51,221 nt of DNA from a bacterium (GCA_023145475.1 JAGLDR010000027.1:1-51221); one strand, 5' to 3'; shown: positions 9,021-19,432, counted from the stretch's first letter. The notes: generated from the sequence alone by a model not told the origin. Program-made: numbers and translations.

Positions 9021-10748
9021 TTAAACAGAAAACTTTTTATAACCGATTTTGTGCAAGAAATGAAAAATCATTCTTGTTACAAAAATCGCCGTAAACATAC
9101 TACTAATGATACCAAGCAGCAAGGTGATTGCAAAGCCCTTTATTGGTCCACTTCCAAAATTCCAAAGGACAAATGCTGCAATTGCCGTCGTGAGATTAGC
9201 ATCAAAAATTGCTGACCACGCCTTGTCATATCCCGCATTAAGTGCCACAGTAAATGATTTGCCTGCTCGCAACTCCTCTCTGACTCTTTCAAAGATAATA
9301 ACATTCGCATCGACCGCCATACCAATCGTCAGAACAATACCTGCAATTCCAGGGAATGTCAGCGTTGCGCCAAACAGAGCGAGTCCAGCAAGCACAAAAA
9401 CGATATTCAAAAAGAGTGCAAAATCAGCAACCAATCCAGCAATGCCATACCAAAAAACCATAAAGAGAACAACCAAAAGGAAGCCAATCATAACAGACAT
9501 CTTTCCTTTTTGGATAGAGTCAGCACCAAGACTTGGACCAACTGTCCTGTTCTCCTCAAAAGTAACAGGAGCAGGAAGAGAGCCAGCTCTCAAAACAAGC
9601 GCCAAATCTTTTGCCTCTTGGAACATAGCATTGTAACCACCTGAAGAGTTCAGAGTTATCATCGCTTGTCCACCAGAAATTTTTGATTGAATAACTGGGG
9701 CAGAATTGACCTTATTATCAAGAACGATTGCCATCTTTCTTTTGGTAAATTTATCAGTAACTTCACCAAAAATACGAGCACCGTTTCTATCGAAGTTCAT
9801 ACTAACATATGGTTGATTTTTCTGTTGATCGATACTTACTCGAGCATCAGTTAACATCGCACCAGTAAGATATACGGCACGATTCATCAGATAGCCAGTA
9901 TAGCTTTTTTCGCCAGTTGCAAGAACTTTCTCTTCAAGTAAGAACTCCGTGCCTTCTGGAGCCTTCACTCGGTTATTTAAGAAATCAAGCAACAAATCTC
10001 TATCACTACTAGTAGCTGACTTATAGGCAAAAACATTGCCCTCTTTGTCTCCGCCACGCGATTGATGGATAGCGATACCTTCAGGAGTTTCACCTTGGTA
10101 GTTTCCTACAGGATCTTTATCCTCGGCAACGATACGAAACTCAAGCTGAGCAGTCTGTCCAATGATACTTCTTGCTCGTTGAATATCTTTGTAGCCTGGC
10201 AACTGAATCAAAATGTTGTTGTTACCCTGCTTTTGTACAAGCGGCTCTTTCAAGCCAAGCTCATCAATTCTGTTACGCAGAGTCTCTAACGCTTGATCTA
10301 TCGCACTCTGTTTCACACGATTTGCCTCTTCTTCACGCATTTTCAGCGTGTAGATATTCCCTGAAACAGCAACGCGTCTCAAATCACGGTAGTAGTCAAG
10401 AACTTCGTCCTTAAACTTATCTTTGTCTACACCATCGGCAACTTCAACTTGAATAGAGAGATTTTCAGAGCTCACTTTGACAGATTTAAATGCAATCTTT
10501 TGATCTTCTAATCGCATACGAATCTCATCACTACGACGATCCATCTTGTCTTGTAGTGCCTTCTCTGAGTCAACACTCAAAAGAAAGTGAATACCACCCT
10601 TTAAATCCAATCCAAGGCTGATGCCTTCGTTAATGTTTGACATCCAAGGATAATTCTTGTTTCCCATAAATGTCGGCAAAAGCGCAACTACCGCTGCTAC
10701 AATAAGCAGGAGAGTAACTATCGCTCTCCCTGTCCAATTCTTTTCCAT
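9021..10748 (-). CDS. secD: Protein translocase subunit SecD
   Basis: LGLDLKGG, RNRIDELG, VGPSLG, GMAVDANVIIFERVREE. Confidence 0.97.
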   Translation of the reverse strand: MEKNWTGRAIVTLLLIVAAVVALLPTFMGNKNYPWMSNINEGISLGLDLKGGIHFLLSVDSEKALQDKMDRRSDEIRMRLEDQKIAFKSVKVSSENLSIQVEVADGVDKDKFKDEVLDYYRDLRRVAVSGNIYTLKMREEEANRVKQSAIDQALETLRNRIDELGLKEPLVQKQGNNNILIQLPGYKDIQRARSIIGQTAQLEFRIVAEDKDPVGNYQGETPEGIAIHQSRGGDKEGNVFAYKSATSSDRDLLLDFLNNRVKAPEGTEFLLEEKVLATGEKSYTGYLMNRAVYLTGAMLTDARVSIDQQKNQPYVSMNFDRNGARIFGEVTDKFTKRKMAIVLDNKVNSAPVIQSKISGGQAMITLNSSGGYNAMFQEAKDLALVLRAGSLPAPVTFEENRTVGPSLGADSIQKGKMSVMIGFLLVVLFMVFWYGIAGLVADFALFLNIVFVLAGLALFGATLTFPGIAGIVLTIGMAVDANVIIFERVREELRAGKSFTVALNAGYDKAWSAIFDANLTTAIAAFVLWNFGSGPIKGFAITLLLGIISSMFTAIFVTRMIFHFLHKIGYKKFSV

Positions 10749-10797
10749 CGAACACTCCTGTTAACAATGCCTCAAAGGCATCTATATCATAAAAAAA

Positions 10798-11139
10798 CTA
10801 ATCCTTACCCTCTTCTGATTGCTCTGCAACCATGCCGGTAATCACATTGCGTTCAAACACAACGGTAACCTTTGGAGCAATCTCAATCTTCATGGTGGTA
10901 TCGCGAACTTCAACGATTTTACCACGCATTCCACTTGTTGTGGTAACCATATCTCCCTTTCGCAGCGTACTCAACATCTCTTGATGTTTTTTCTGCTGTT
11001 TTTTTTGTGGCATAATAACCAAAAAATAAAAGATACCAAAAATCAAGACCATCGGCAAAACAAATCCGGTCAACATCTCGCTACCGCCCGACTGACCAAC
11101 AACTGAATCATTCAATAATTTCAATGTGTTAAATAACAA
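10798..11139 (-). CDS. yajC: Preprotein translocase subunit YajC
   Basis: IFYFLVIMPQKKQQK...LRKGDMVTTTSGMRG; start reassigned to the TTG at 11139, 6 nt after AAGGAG. Confidence 0.9.
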   Translation of the reverse strand: MLFNTLKLLNDSVVGQSGGSEMLTGFVLPMVLIFGIFYFLVIMPQKKQQKKHQEMLSTLRKGDMVTTTSGMRGKIVEVRDTTMKIEIAPKVTVVFERNVITGMVAEQSEEGKD

Positions 11140-11253
11140 AGCAAACTCCTTCTCGTTTATCATAAAGCCCAGAAAGCGCTGATACAATAGCACAAAGACT
11201 CCTATCAAGCAAGAATTTAATTACAAGGTGTCAGAGTAGATGCTTTCGTTAGA

Positions 11254-12618
11254 TTAATGAGATAAAAAATCGAATTTTTCAGCGGCTTCAATCAGCACTT
11301 TTGCAGCATATTCAATCTGCTCTTTTGTATGCTCTGAGGTAACAAAAAGACGAATCCTCGCCTCACCTTTAGGAACGGCAGGAAAGTTCATCGGCTGACC
11401 ATCAAGCCCGTTGCGTTGCAACCAATCACTCAGCTCAAGGGTTTTGGTCTCATCACCATAGACAACGGGGACAATCCACGATGTTGTGTTAAGAAGGTTA
11501 ACCTTGTCTTGCAGCAGCTCTCTGATAAGTGTTACATTCTCTCTAATTCTCTTGCGTCGTGCATCACCATCTGCACTCCTCCCAAGCTCAAGTGCCTTAT
11601 GTGCAGCACCAATAATAGCCGGAGGAATAGCCGCCGAGAACATCCGACTGCGAGCATACCAGTTTACATATCTTGTTATCTCTTTCCTTGCAATCAGTGT
11701 TCCGCCAACCGAGCAAAATGCTTTAGAAAAGGTAATAATGAAAAGGTCAACTTGATCAAGAACGCCCTGCTCCTCTGCAACACCACGACCGTTTTCCCCA
11801 GCAATCATAATTGAATGAGCTTCATCAACAAGCGAAAATGCATCATATCTTTTTGCCAATTCAACAACGCCTTTGATGTTTCCTCTATCGCCATCTGCAC
11901 TGTAAACGCCCTCAATACAGATAAGTTTTCTTACTTTATCTTTTTCAATCGTTTTGAGAATTCTTTCCAAATCCTCCATATCATTATGCTTAAAAAGACG
12001 CATTTGCGCACCTGAAAGGGCTGCACCCTCCATAAGTGATGCATGTGCGGTCTCATCAAGAATAATATAACTTCCTGGCTTCATAAAAGAAGAGATTGTA
12101 CCAGTATTGACTGCGTATCCCGATGAAAAGAGGCTTATGCCGTGCGTTTTAGTCGAAAAACCCATAAAATCAATCAAAGATTTCTCAAAATCATCGTGAA
12201 GTTGAAATGTTCCACTGATAACAGGAGAACTTGCGGCACCTGTTCCGTATCTTTCAATCGCCGCTTGGGAGGCCTTCTTCACCTCTGGATGATAGCCATA
12301 TCCAAGATAGTTATAGCTTGAGAAGTTGACCATCGTCAACTCTTTCCCATCTTCTCTAATCAGCTCAATCTGCTCTTTTTGCTCATGTTGCCGAGGCGAC
12401 TCAAAGGCATAGAGAGCATTCTCCTGCGCCTTATCAACCCATGCACTGAACTGCTTAATCTCTTGCAAATCGGGAGAGTTTCCAAGGGCAAACATATCAT
12501 AGGTTTGCTTCTTAAAATCTGAGGGTATCTCAGCAACTTGCACCGCTGATGTCTTCTGTTTCTTTTCAAGCATTTTCTTGCGAAGAAGTGCTTTTTTCTC
12601 TGCTAATGATAATGCCAT
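11254..12618 (-). CDS. PLP-dependent alpha-oxoamine synthase (SPT/BioF/KBL family) with N-terminal docking-like extension
   Basis: NFSSYNYLG, FSSGYAVN, AHASL, EGVYSADGD, VDEAHS, ITFSKAF (PLP Lys), ARIRLF; start MALSLAEKK is 1 bp after the PKS stop. Confidence 0.9.
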   Translation of the reverse strand: MALSLAEKKALLRKKMLEKKQKTSAVQVAEIPSDFKKQTYDMFALGNSPDLQEIKQFSAWVDKAQENALYAFESPRQHEQKEQIELIREDGKELTMVNFSSYNYLGYGYHPEVKKASQAAIERYGTGAASSPVISGTFQLHDDFEKSLIDFMGFSTKTHGISLFSSGYAVNTGTISSFMKPGSYIILDETAHASLMEGAALSGAQMRLFKHNDMEDLERILKTIEKDKVRKLICIEGVYSADGDRGNIKGVVELAKRYDAFSLVDEAHSIMIAGENGRGVAEEQGVLDQVDLFIITFSKAFCSVGGTLIARKEITRYVNWYARSRMFSAAIPPAIIGAAHKALELGRSADGDARRKRIRENVTLIRELLQDKVNLLNTTSWIVPVVYGDETKTLELSDWLQRNGLDGQPMNFPAVPKGEARIRLFVTSEHTKEQIEYAAKVLIEAAEKFDFLSH

Positions 12619-12619
12619 C

Positions 12620-15600
12620 CTATTCCCCTTTCTCCTCTTCTGCTGCAAGTAAAGCGTCTATTTCCTCTTCACTCATATCATCAAGAGAGCCAAGAATCTC
12701 ATCCTCTTCTGTGATAATTTTTGGAAGCTGTTGGTCTGCCATCTGCATAATCGTTGGACCGTTCAGCAACTCCATACTGGTTATTGAAAGTCCAAACTCT
12801 GCTTGAATGGTACTACTCAGCTCAAGCGTCATCAATGAATCAACACCGAGGTTACTAATACTTTCGTTCATATCGATTTTGTCTGCTTGAAATTTAAGTA
12901 CGCGGGCAAAAACACCTCGCAACTTTTCAGCAACCAGTGTCAATCTCTCCTCTGGGTCTACAGCGAGCAACTCTTCTGTGAGTGCCGCAAGCTCTTCATT
13001 CAGCTCATCTCCACCGCTATTTTGCTCTGCAAGAATCGCAAAGCGACTCCCCTGTGCAGCGCGAGTGTTTGCCTGAAGCCATGTCGCCCAATTTATATCA
13101 AAAAGACCGACTTGACTCTCTTCTTGATGAGAGAGAATCAAATCAAGTGCATTAAGAACGGTATCGGTTGAGAGTCCATAAATACCTGATGCAGCTAAAA
13201 TATCCTCTAAATCATCATCACGAGAGACAACACCCGTTTCAGATAAAACGCCCCAGTTAATTGTCTGTGCAGGCAGATTAAGAGACTTTCTATACCACGC
13301 AAAGCTATCAAGCCATGCATTTCCCGCAACATAGTTTGCTTGACCGTTGTTTCCAACTAGCGAGGATATTGAACTGAAGTTAACAAAGAAATCGAGTGCA
13401 ATTCCAAGCTCCTGAGTCGCTGTATGAATGTTCCACGCACCCATAATTTTTGGTGTCAACACCTTTTTGAATATATCTCTATCTAAATTGACAAGAAAGC
13501 CATCTTCAAGCACCATCGCACCGTGAAAAACACCTTTAAGTGGCGCTTTTTTACTGTTTGCACGCACGATAACAGCGTGCATCTTTTCACTGTCCGCAAC
13601 ATCAACAGCCTCAACGACAACCTCTGTTCCTCGAGATTCCATCTCAGCTATTGCCTCTTTTGCCTCTGCACTCTTTGCACCACTTCTTGAAAGCAGTGAG
13701 AGACGAGTTGCCCCTGCCTTGCTCAACCAACCAGCAATTGCAAGTCCAAGCCCGCGTGTTCCGCCAGTAATCATATAGGTTGCATCTTCAGCAAGCCACT
13801 CTTTATCTTTATGCACGGTTGCTTCAACATCACAGGTAGTAAAATTGACAATAACCTTACCAATTTGTCGTGATTGTCCAAGAAAACGGAAGGCATCTCC
13901 AATCTCATTTGCTTGAAAAACTTTCACAGGATCTTTGCTGTATGTGCCATTTTCAAAGTTTGTGACAATCTCTTCCATCATCGATTTAATGGTGTCTTGT
14001 CGGTCGTTAAACATACGATCAATATCAATACCCGCAAAGGTGATATTTCGGTTGAAGTTATTCATTGGCAAGCCAGTATTTTCTGTGATATCTTTTTTAC
14101 CAATCTCAACAAAACGGCCATAAGGTGCAAGAAGATAGAAACTTTCAATCATCGTATCACCAGAGATTGCATTGATAACGACATCAACACCCTTACCGCC
14201 AGTATCTCTTTTGATGTGATCTATAAAATCAAGAGAGCGACTATCGTAGACATGCTTAATGCCAAGAGATCTCAAATAGTCTCGTTTTTCGTCGTTTCCA
14301 GCAGTTGCATATATCTCTGCACCTATCTCTTTTGCGACTTGGACAGCAGGAAGACCAACGCCGCCTGTCGCATTGTGAATCAAAATCTTTTCGCCCTTTT
14401 CAAGACGGCCAGCATATTCGATTGCCCGTTTTGCAGTCAAAAAGCCGATAGTATTTGTCGCCTCTTCCATTGTCAAAGTCGACGCTTTAGGAATAACATA
14501 AAAATCAGGAACTGTTGCGTATGTTCTAAAGCCACCACCAACAATTGGTGTTACCACTTCATCCCCTACCTTCCATCTCGTCACCCCTGTACCAACAGCA
14601 ACAACATGGCCAGAGACCTCCATCGCAATTCCATTCCCAAAATAGGTATCTTCGAGTGCTTTTGGATTAATCTGTCCATACACCTTGAGCAAATCTTTAA
14701 AATTAAGAGATGCAGAGTGGATACGAATCTCTATTTCGCCCTCTTGTGGCACGACGCGCTCTGTCTGTCTGAATTCAAAACTATCCAAATTTCCAGGCTG
14801 TGTAATATCGGCAACCAGTGGCATATCTGTTGATACTGTCTCAACAGAAACTGTGGTATCTTCAATTGCACTTCCCACTAAACGGCGAATAAATCTGCGA
14901 GAACCTCTCACAACGATATCTGAATCGCCCTCCTTCGAAAGTGCCTCTTCAACAATGTGAAGAGCATCTGAAAGAGCAGCAATATCAACTGAACGACAAG
15001 TCAACTGTGGATGTTCATTCTCAACAAGTTGCCCAAGTGAGGTCAGCGCAGTTGTTATAAGAGAGAATGAGTCGTCAACTTCAAAAGGCTGTCCATTTTT
15101 TGTAACCGTTGTAATGGTTAACTCTCTGGTAATTTCATTTGCTGCAAATGCTTGAACAGTATAGGTAAGTGGCATTAGAGCATCTGTTATCAACTCAATA
15201 TCGACATCATTCCCGACCTCTTTTGTCGCGGTCAAATCAATGAGCGTATCAAAAGGCTTTGATTTCAACAGTGCAAAAAGCTCTTTAAAACTTTCGGATG
15301 AAACTGCATCAAGAGTAAAAAGAGTATCAGAAACAGCTGCTGTTTTTTCACCCATATCAACACGGTAGAATGAAGTTCCTTTCTGTTTTAGCTCATCGGT
15401 AACAGCTGCGGTCAACGCCTCTTCACCTGCCAAAACAACAACGCCAGAAGAGAGAGCAGCACTCTTATCAAACTTTTTCTCTTCCCACTCTACTGCATAA
15501 ATCAACTTATCAAGTGCACCCTCTTTTGCCTTCTCAGCGCGAGGAATCACTTGACACTTTAAATTGTCAACATGAGCAAGTACAACACCGTTATCATCAA

Positions 15601-18600
15601 CAAGGGTGATATTTCCCCAAATCGCACTCTCTGTCTGCTTAGTTATTTCACCAAAACTGTAACATTTACGCCCAGGAGCTGAAATCAAACTCAACCGATC
15701 GATAGTAACAGGAACAAATGGATCAGAGGAGCCATCATCATCAGAAACAATGGCAATCAGTGATTGAAAAGAGGCATCTAAAATAGTCGGATGAAGTAAA
15801 TACTCACCTTTTGTATCTTCCATCTCTTCGTGTGCTTCAATGCGAGTTAACACCTGTTTGTGGTTGGTATAAATCTCTTTTACTGGTCTAAACCATGGTC
15901 CATAGTTAAGCCCTTGATCATCTAAATCACGATAAAACTTCTCTGCATCAATCTCTGTATTTAACTCAAACTTCAGTTCATCAATTGCGAGCTTCTCAAA
16001 GGGTGTCGTCCGTGACTTCTCAATAATACGCCCTGTTGCGTGAAGCTTCCACGAACCATCTTCATCAAGTCTATCTTTGCTGTGCATCGAAAACTTTTGT
16101 GATTCAGAGTTGAAGCTGCTCATCAACATTGGCAAAGTATTCGGCTGAATTGCAAGCACATTATGAAGTGTAATATCGGTAATAGTTGCGGCAACTTCAC
16201 CAAAAATATTATGATGCATTGCAAGAGCCGCATCACAATATCCAGCACCTGGGAAAATGGTCATTCCATCAACTTTGTGATCAGGAAGATAGGGAAGAAG
16301 ATGTTTGTTTACCTCAACTTGCCATGTTGGATTTGGTGTCCGTAACCACTCGTTAAAATAGATATATCCTGGTCGTCCAAGACGATCCTCTCGTGATCGA
16401 GCACTCTCTTGCCAATAGATATCTCTCTGCCAAGGATAGGAGGGCAAATCAATAAAGTGACCTTTCGTTGGTAACAGTTTTTCCCAATCAGGCGAATGGC
16501 CAATGGTATGCATCGTGCCAAGTGAGGCATAATAGGTATTGCGCTCTTCGAGTTTTCTATTCAGTGTCTGTACGGTTTCAGCTTGTGCTCCAAGCTCTGC
16601 AACCACCTCTTTAATTGAGTTTTTAAGCACTGGATGTGGTCCAACCTCTACAAAATCACAACTTTCAAGATTCGCAAGAATAGAGCGAATACCATCAGCA
16701 AAACGAACACTTCCGCGAGCGTTATGCCACCAGTAATCTGCGGTTATCTCTTTTCCATCTATCATTTTTCCTGTTACGGTCGAATAGAGTGGCGTCGTTG
16801 TTGTCTGTGGTTTTAACTTTTTAAGAACAGAAAAAAGTTCATCGTGAATTGGATCCATATGAGATGAGTGGTAGGCAACCTCAACTTTTAACGCACGGTT
16901 AAAAACGCCTCTCTTATCTAAATTTTCACCAATTTTCTTTAATGATGATTCATTTCCGGAGAGTGTTACCGCTGTCGCACTGTTGATTGCGGCAATCGAA
17001 ACATCATTATATGTGGCTATCTCTGCCATTGCGTCTTGCTCTGAAAGACCAATTGCAATCATTCCACCACCTTGATTTGCCACACTCTGCTGGAGACGGC
17101 TGCGGTGATAACTGACAAGTACACCATCTTCAAGTGAGAGTGCACCCGAAAGATAGGCCGCTGAAACCTCGCCAACACTGTGGCCAATTACTGCATCAGG
17201 CACAACACCGTGTGATTCAAGAAGAGCGGCAATGCCAGCTTGAATAACAAAGTTTGCCGGTTGAGCAATACGAGTTTGAGACATATTTGTTGACTTCTCA
17301 TCCTTCATCATCTCTTCAAGGATAGACCAGCCACTATACTTCTTAAAAAGAGCATCACACTTATCAACAACAGTACGGTAAACATCCTCTGTTTCATAGA
17401 GCTCACGCCCCATATTCCACCACTGAGGACCCATACCTGTACAGACAAAGACAAGTGGTTTTTTATCAAGTGAACTCATCTGAAATGAGACCGCTTTCTC
17501 TGCCATGCCATCTTTTCCGTACGCTTTCAGTGAGGCAATCAAATCCTCTCTTGAGTCAGCAACAATTGCCAAACGGTTTTTATGGTGCGAACGGCGAGTA
17601 CTTACACTATAGACAAAATCTGTCATCGTAACATCTTTATCATTAAGCACATTAACATAGTTTAAAGCCTGCTGACGCAGTGCATCATCGCCCCGTGCGG
17701 AGACAGGAACAAGCCATTTATGCCCATCTTCAAGCGTTACATCAACAGGAGGAATTTCCTCAATCTGAGGCGCTGTTGAAAGCAGTGCATGTGCATTCGT
17801 TCCACCATATCCAAAAGAGTTGACGCTACTATAAACGATACCTTCTGTTGGAAGTGGCTCAGGTTTTACTGGCACTTGCAATCTAATATTTTCAAAATCC
17901 ACTGCTGGATTTGGTGTGTTAAAGTGAATATTAGGCGCAACCACTCGGTGTTTCATCGTAAGAGCGGCTTTGATAATACCCGCAACACCTGCACCAGCTT
18001 CCATATGACCAATATTACTTTTGATTGAGCCAACCCACGCTTTATCATCAACATCACGCACTTCTTGAAAGACTGCGTTTAGTGCATTCAATTCTGCTGG
18101 ATCACCTGCTTTTGTCCCTGTTCCATGTGCTTCAACATAGGCAACATCTTTTGCCGAGACACCTGCTCTTCCATATACTTCACGCACTAACTCTTCCTGT
18201 GCTACTGGGTTTGGCAGTGAAATACCAGCTGTTTGACCATCTTGATTTGCGCCAGTTTCAATAATAACGGCATCCACTCGGTCACCATCTTCAAGCGCCT
18301 TTGCAAGTGGTTTCAGGACGATAAACCCAGCACCTTCAGCGCGGGTATATCCATTTCCTTCACCATCAAATGCTTTACAACGGGCGTGAGTACTTAAAAA
18401 GCCACCTTTACACATCGCAATCGGATAATCAGGCTTTAACATAATGTTTACGCCACCAACAAGTGCCATATCACAGTCACCGTTTCTCAGACTTTGAACG
18501 GCATAGTGCGTTGCAATAACCGATGATGAACAGGCAGTATCCATTGTTACTGCGGGTCCACGCAAGTTGTACATATATGAAATTCTATTGGACATAATAA

Positions 18601-19102
18601 CCATGGTTGAACTGGTTGCTGTGTGAGAATTTATCAAATCTCTATTGAGCTCACCAAGCTGAATTAACTTGTTATCAACCGTAAACCCACCAACAAAAAC
18701 ACCGGTTTTTGAACCGTATATCTTCTCTCTTGTCAAACCAGCATTTTCAAATGCCTCCCACGAAACTTCAAGAAGAAGTTTTTGTTGGGGATCGACAACA
18801 GCAGCCTCACGAGGAGACATCCCAAAAAAGAGTGGGTCGAACTCATCAACTCGCTCTTGAAGAAAGCCACCCTGTTTTACAAACATTTTACCGGGTGCAT
18901 CTTTATCCTCATCAAAGAATTTGCGAATATCCCAACGATCTTCAGGAATATCACGAATTCCATCAACACCATTCAAAAGATTTTGCCACAACTGTTCAGG
19001 ATCTGCTGCACCACCAGGAAAACGGCACCCGATACCGATAATTGCAATTGGCTCCCTTTTGTAGACTGTTTGCTTTGCTGTTTGACTCACTGAGGCCTCC
19101 AT
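12620..19102 (-). CDS. Single-module fully reducing type I PKS, KS-AT-DH-ER-KR-ACP, no TE
   Basis: KS DTACSSS/HGTGT/KSNIGH; AT GHSVG and VEVAYHS; DH HKVDGMTIFP and HPTILDASFQ; ER LIHNATGGVG; KR ITGGTRGLG, VLED, GQANY; ACP LGVDSL. Confidence 0.96.
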   Translation of the reverse strand: MEASVSQTAKQTVYKREPIAIIGIGCRFPGGAADPEQLWQNLLNGVDGIRDIPEDRWDIRKFFDEDKDAPGKMFVKQGGFLQERVDEFDPLFFGMSPREAAVVDPQQKLLLEVSWEAFENAGLTREKIYGSKTGVFVGGFTVDNKLIQLGELNRDLINSHTATSSTMVIMSNRISYMYNLRGPAVTMDTACSSSVIATHYAVQSLRNGDCDMALVGGVNIMLKPDYPIAMCKGGFLSTHARCKAFDGEGNGYTRAEGAGFIVLKPLAKALEDGDRVDAVIIETGANQDGQTAGISLPNPVAQEELVREVYGRAGVSAKDVAYVEAHGTGTKAGDPAELNALNAVFQEVRDVDDKAWVGSIKSNIGHMEAGAGVAGIIKAALTMKHRVVAPNIHFNTPNPAVDFENIRLQVPVKPEPLPTEGIVYSSVNSFGYGGTNAHALLSTAPQIEEIPPVDVTLEDGHKWLVPVSARGDDALRQQALNYVNVLNDKDVTMTDFVYSVSTRRSHHKNRLAIVADSREDLIASLKAYGKDGMAEKAVSFQMSSLDKKPLVFVCTGMGPQWWNMGRELYETEDVYRTVVDKCDALFKKYSGWSILEEMMKDEKSTNMSQTRIAQPANFVIQAGIAALLESHGVVPDAVIGHSVGEVSAAYLSGALSLEDGVLVSYHRSRLQQSVANQGGGMIAIGLSEQDAMAEIATYNDVSIAAINSATAVTLSGNESSLKKIGENLDKRGVFNRALKVEVAYHSSHMDPIHDELFSVLKKLKPQTTTTPLYSTVTGKMIDGKEITADYWWHNARGSVRFADGIRSILANLESCDFVEVGPHPVLKNSIKEVVAELGAQAETVQTLNRKLEERNTYYASLGTMHTIGHSPDWEKLLPTKGHFIDLPSYPWQRDIYWQESARSREDRLGRPGYIYFNEWLRTPNPTWQVEVNKHLLPYLPDHKVDGMTIFPGAGYCDAALAMHHNIFGEVAATITDITLHNVLAIQPNTLPMLMSSFNSESQKFSMHSKDRLDEDGSWKLHATGRIIEKSRTTPFEKLAIDELKFELNTEIDAEKFYRDLDDQGLNYGPWFRPVKEIYTNHKQVLTRIEAHEEMEDTKGEYLLHPTILDASFQSLIAIVSDDDGSSDPFVPVTIDRLSLISAPGRKCYSFGEITKQTESAIWGNITLVDDNGVVLAHVDNLKCQVIPRAEKAKEGALDKLIYAVEWEEKKFDKSAALSSGVVVLAGEEALTAAVTDELKQKGTSFYRVDMGEKTAAVSDTLFTLDAVSSESFKELFALLKSKPFDTLIDLTATKEVGNDVDIELITDALMPLTYTVQAFAANEITRELTITTVTKNGQPFEVDDSFSLITTALTSLGQLVENEHPQLTCRSVDIAALSDALHIVEEALSKEGDSDIVVRGSRRFIRRLVGSAIEDTTVSVETVSTDMPLVADITQPGNLDSFEFRQTERVVPQEGEIEIRIHSASLNFKDLLKVYGQINPKALEDTYFGNGIAMEVSGHVVAVGTGVTRWKVGDEVVTPIVGGGFRTYATVPDFYVIPKASTLTMEEATNTIGFLTAKRAIEYAGRLEKGEKILIHNATGGVGLPAVQVAKEIGAEIYATAGNDEKRDYLRSLGIKHVYDSRSLDFIDHIKRDTGGKGVDVVINAISGDTMIESFYLLAPYGRFVEIGKKDITENTGLPMNNFNRNITFAGIDIDRMFNDRQDTIKSMMEEIVTNFENGTYSKDPVKVFQANEIGDAFRFLGQSRQIGKVIVNFTTCDVEATVHKDKEWLAEDATYMITGGTRGLGLAIAGWLSKAGATRLSLLSRSGAKSAEAKEAIAEMESRGTEVVVEAVDVADSEKMHAVIVRANSKKAPLKGVFHGAMVLEDGFLVNLDRDIFKKVLTPKIMGAWNIHTATQELGIALDFFVNFSSISSLVGNNGQANYVAGNAWLDSFAWYRKSLNLPAQTINWGVLSETGVVSRDDDLEDILAASGIYGLSTDTVLNALDLILSHQEESQVGLFDINWATWLQANTRAAQGSRFAILAEQNSGGDELNEELAALTEELLAVDPEERLTLVAEKLRGVFARVLKFQADKIDMNESISNLGVDSLMTLELSSTIQAEFGLSITSMELLNGPTIMQMADQQLPKIITEEDEILGSLDDMSEEEIDALLAAEEEKGE

Positions 19103-19362
19103 ATCTTGTATAGCAATATTCTAAAAATACACTCTATTGCGCAATCATAGTCGATTACGATAAAACCAGGCTCTTGTTAATGCAATTTTTGTGCCTGAAA
19201 AACAGGCAATAATTACAAGAGAATATAAAAGGGAACGATAGATTAGTGTAAATATTTCATAGCAAAGTAAAAATTTATATTATTATAAAATGAGCTATTA
19301 AAGCAAAGTAAAAATGTCCGACTTGAACGATTTGTTTGATTTTTTATAATAGAATGCCGCTC

Positions 19363-19403
19363 GGGGTCAAACCGACGCACAAATAGTGCATCGGAATTAC
19401 CCC
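19363..19403. repeat. Palindromic dispersed repeat, copy 2
   Basis: ggggtca-aa-ccgacgcac-aaata-gtgcatcgg-aa-ttacccc; same core as 269-309. Confidence 0.85.
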
Positions 19404-19432
19404 CTTCACGTGACTTAACACCTTTCTCAAAT

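Noticed and set aside
11254-12618. Calling the AOS bioF or kbl
   Set aside because: No biotin or threonine-catabolism neighbours; TFSK motif, docking-like extension and coupling to the PKS; substrate left unassigned
13874-14833. 319-aa plus-strand ORF
   Set aside because: Antisense to the PKS ER domain; no motifs
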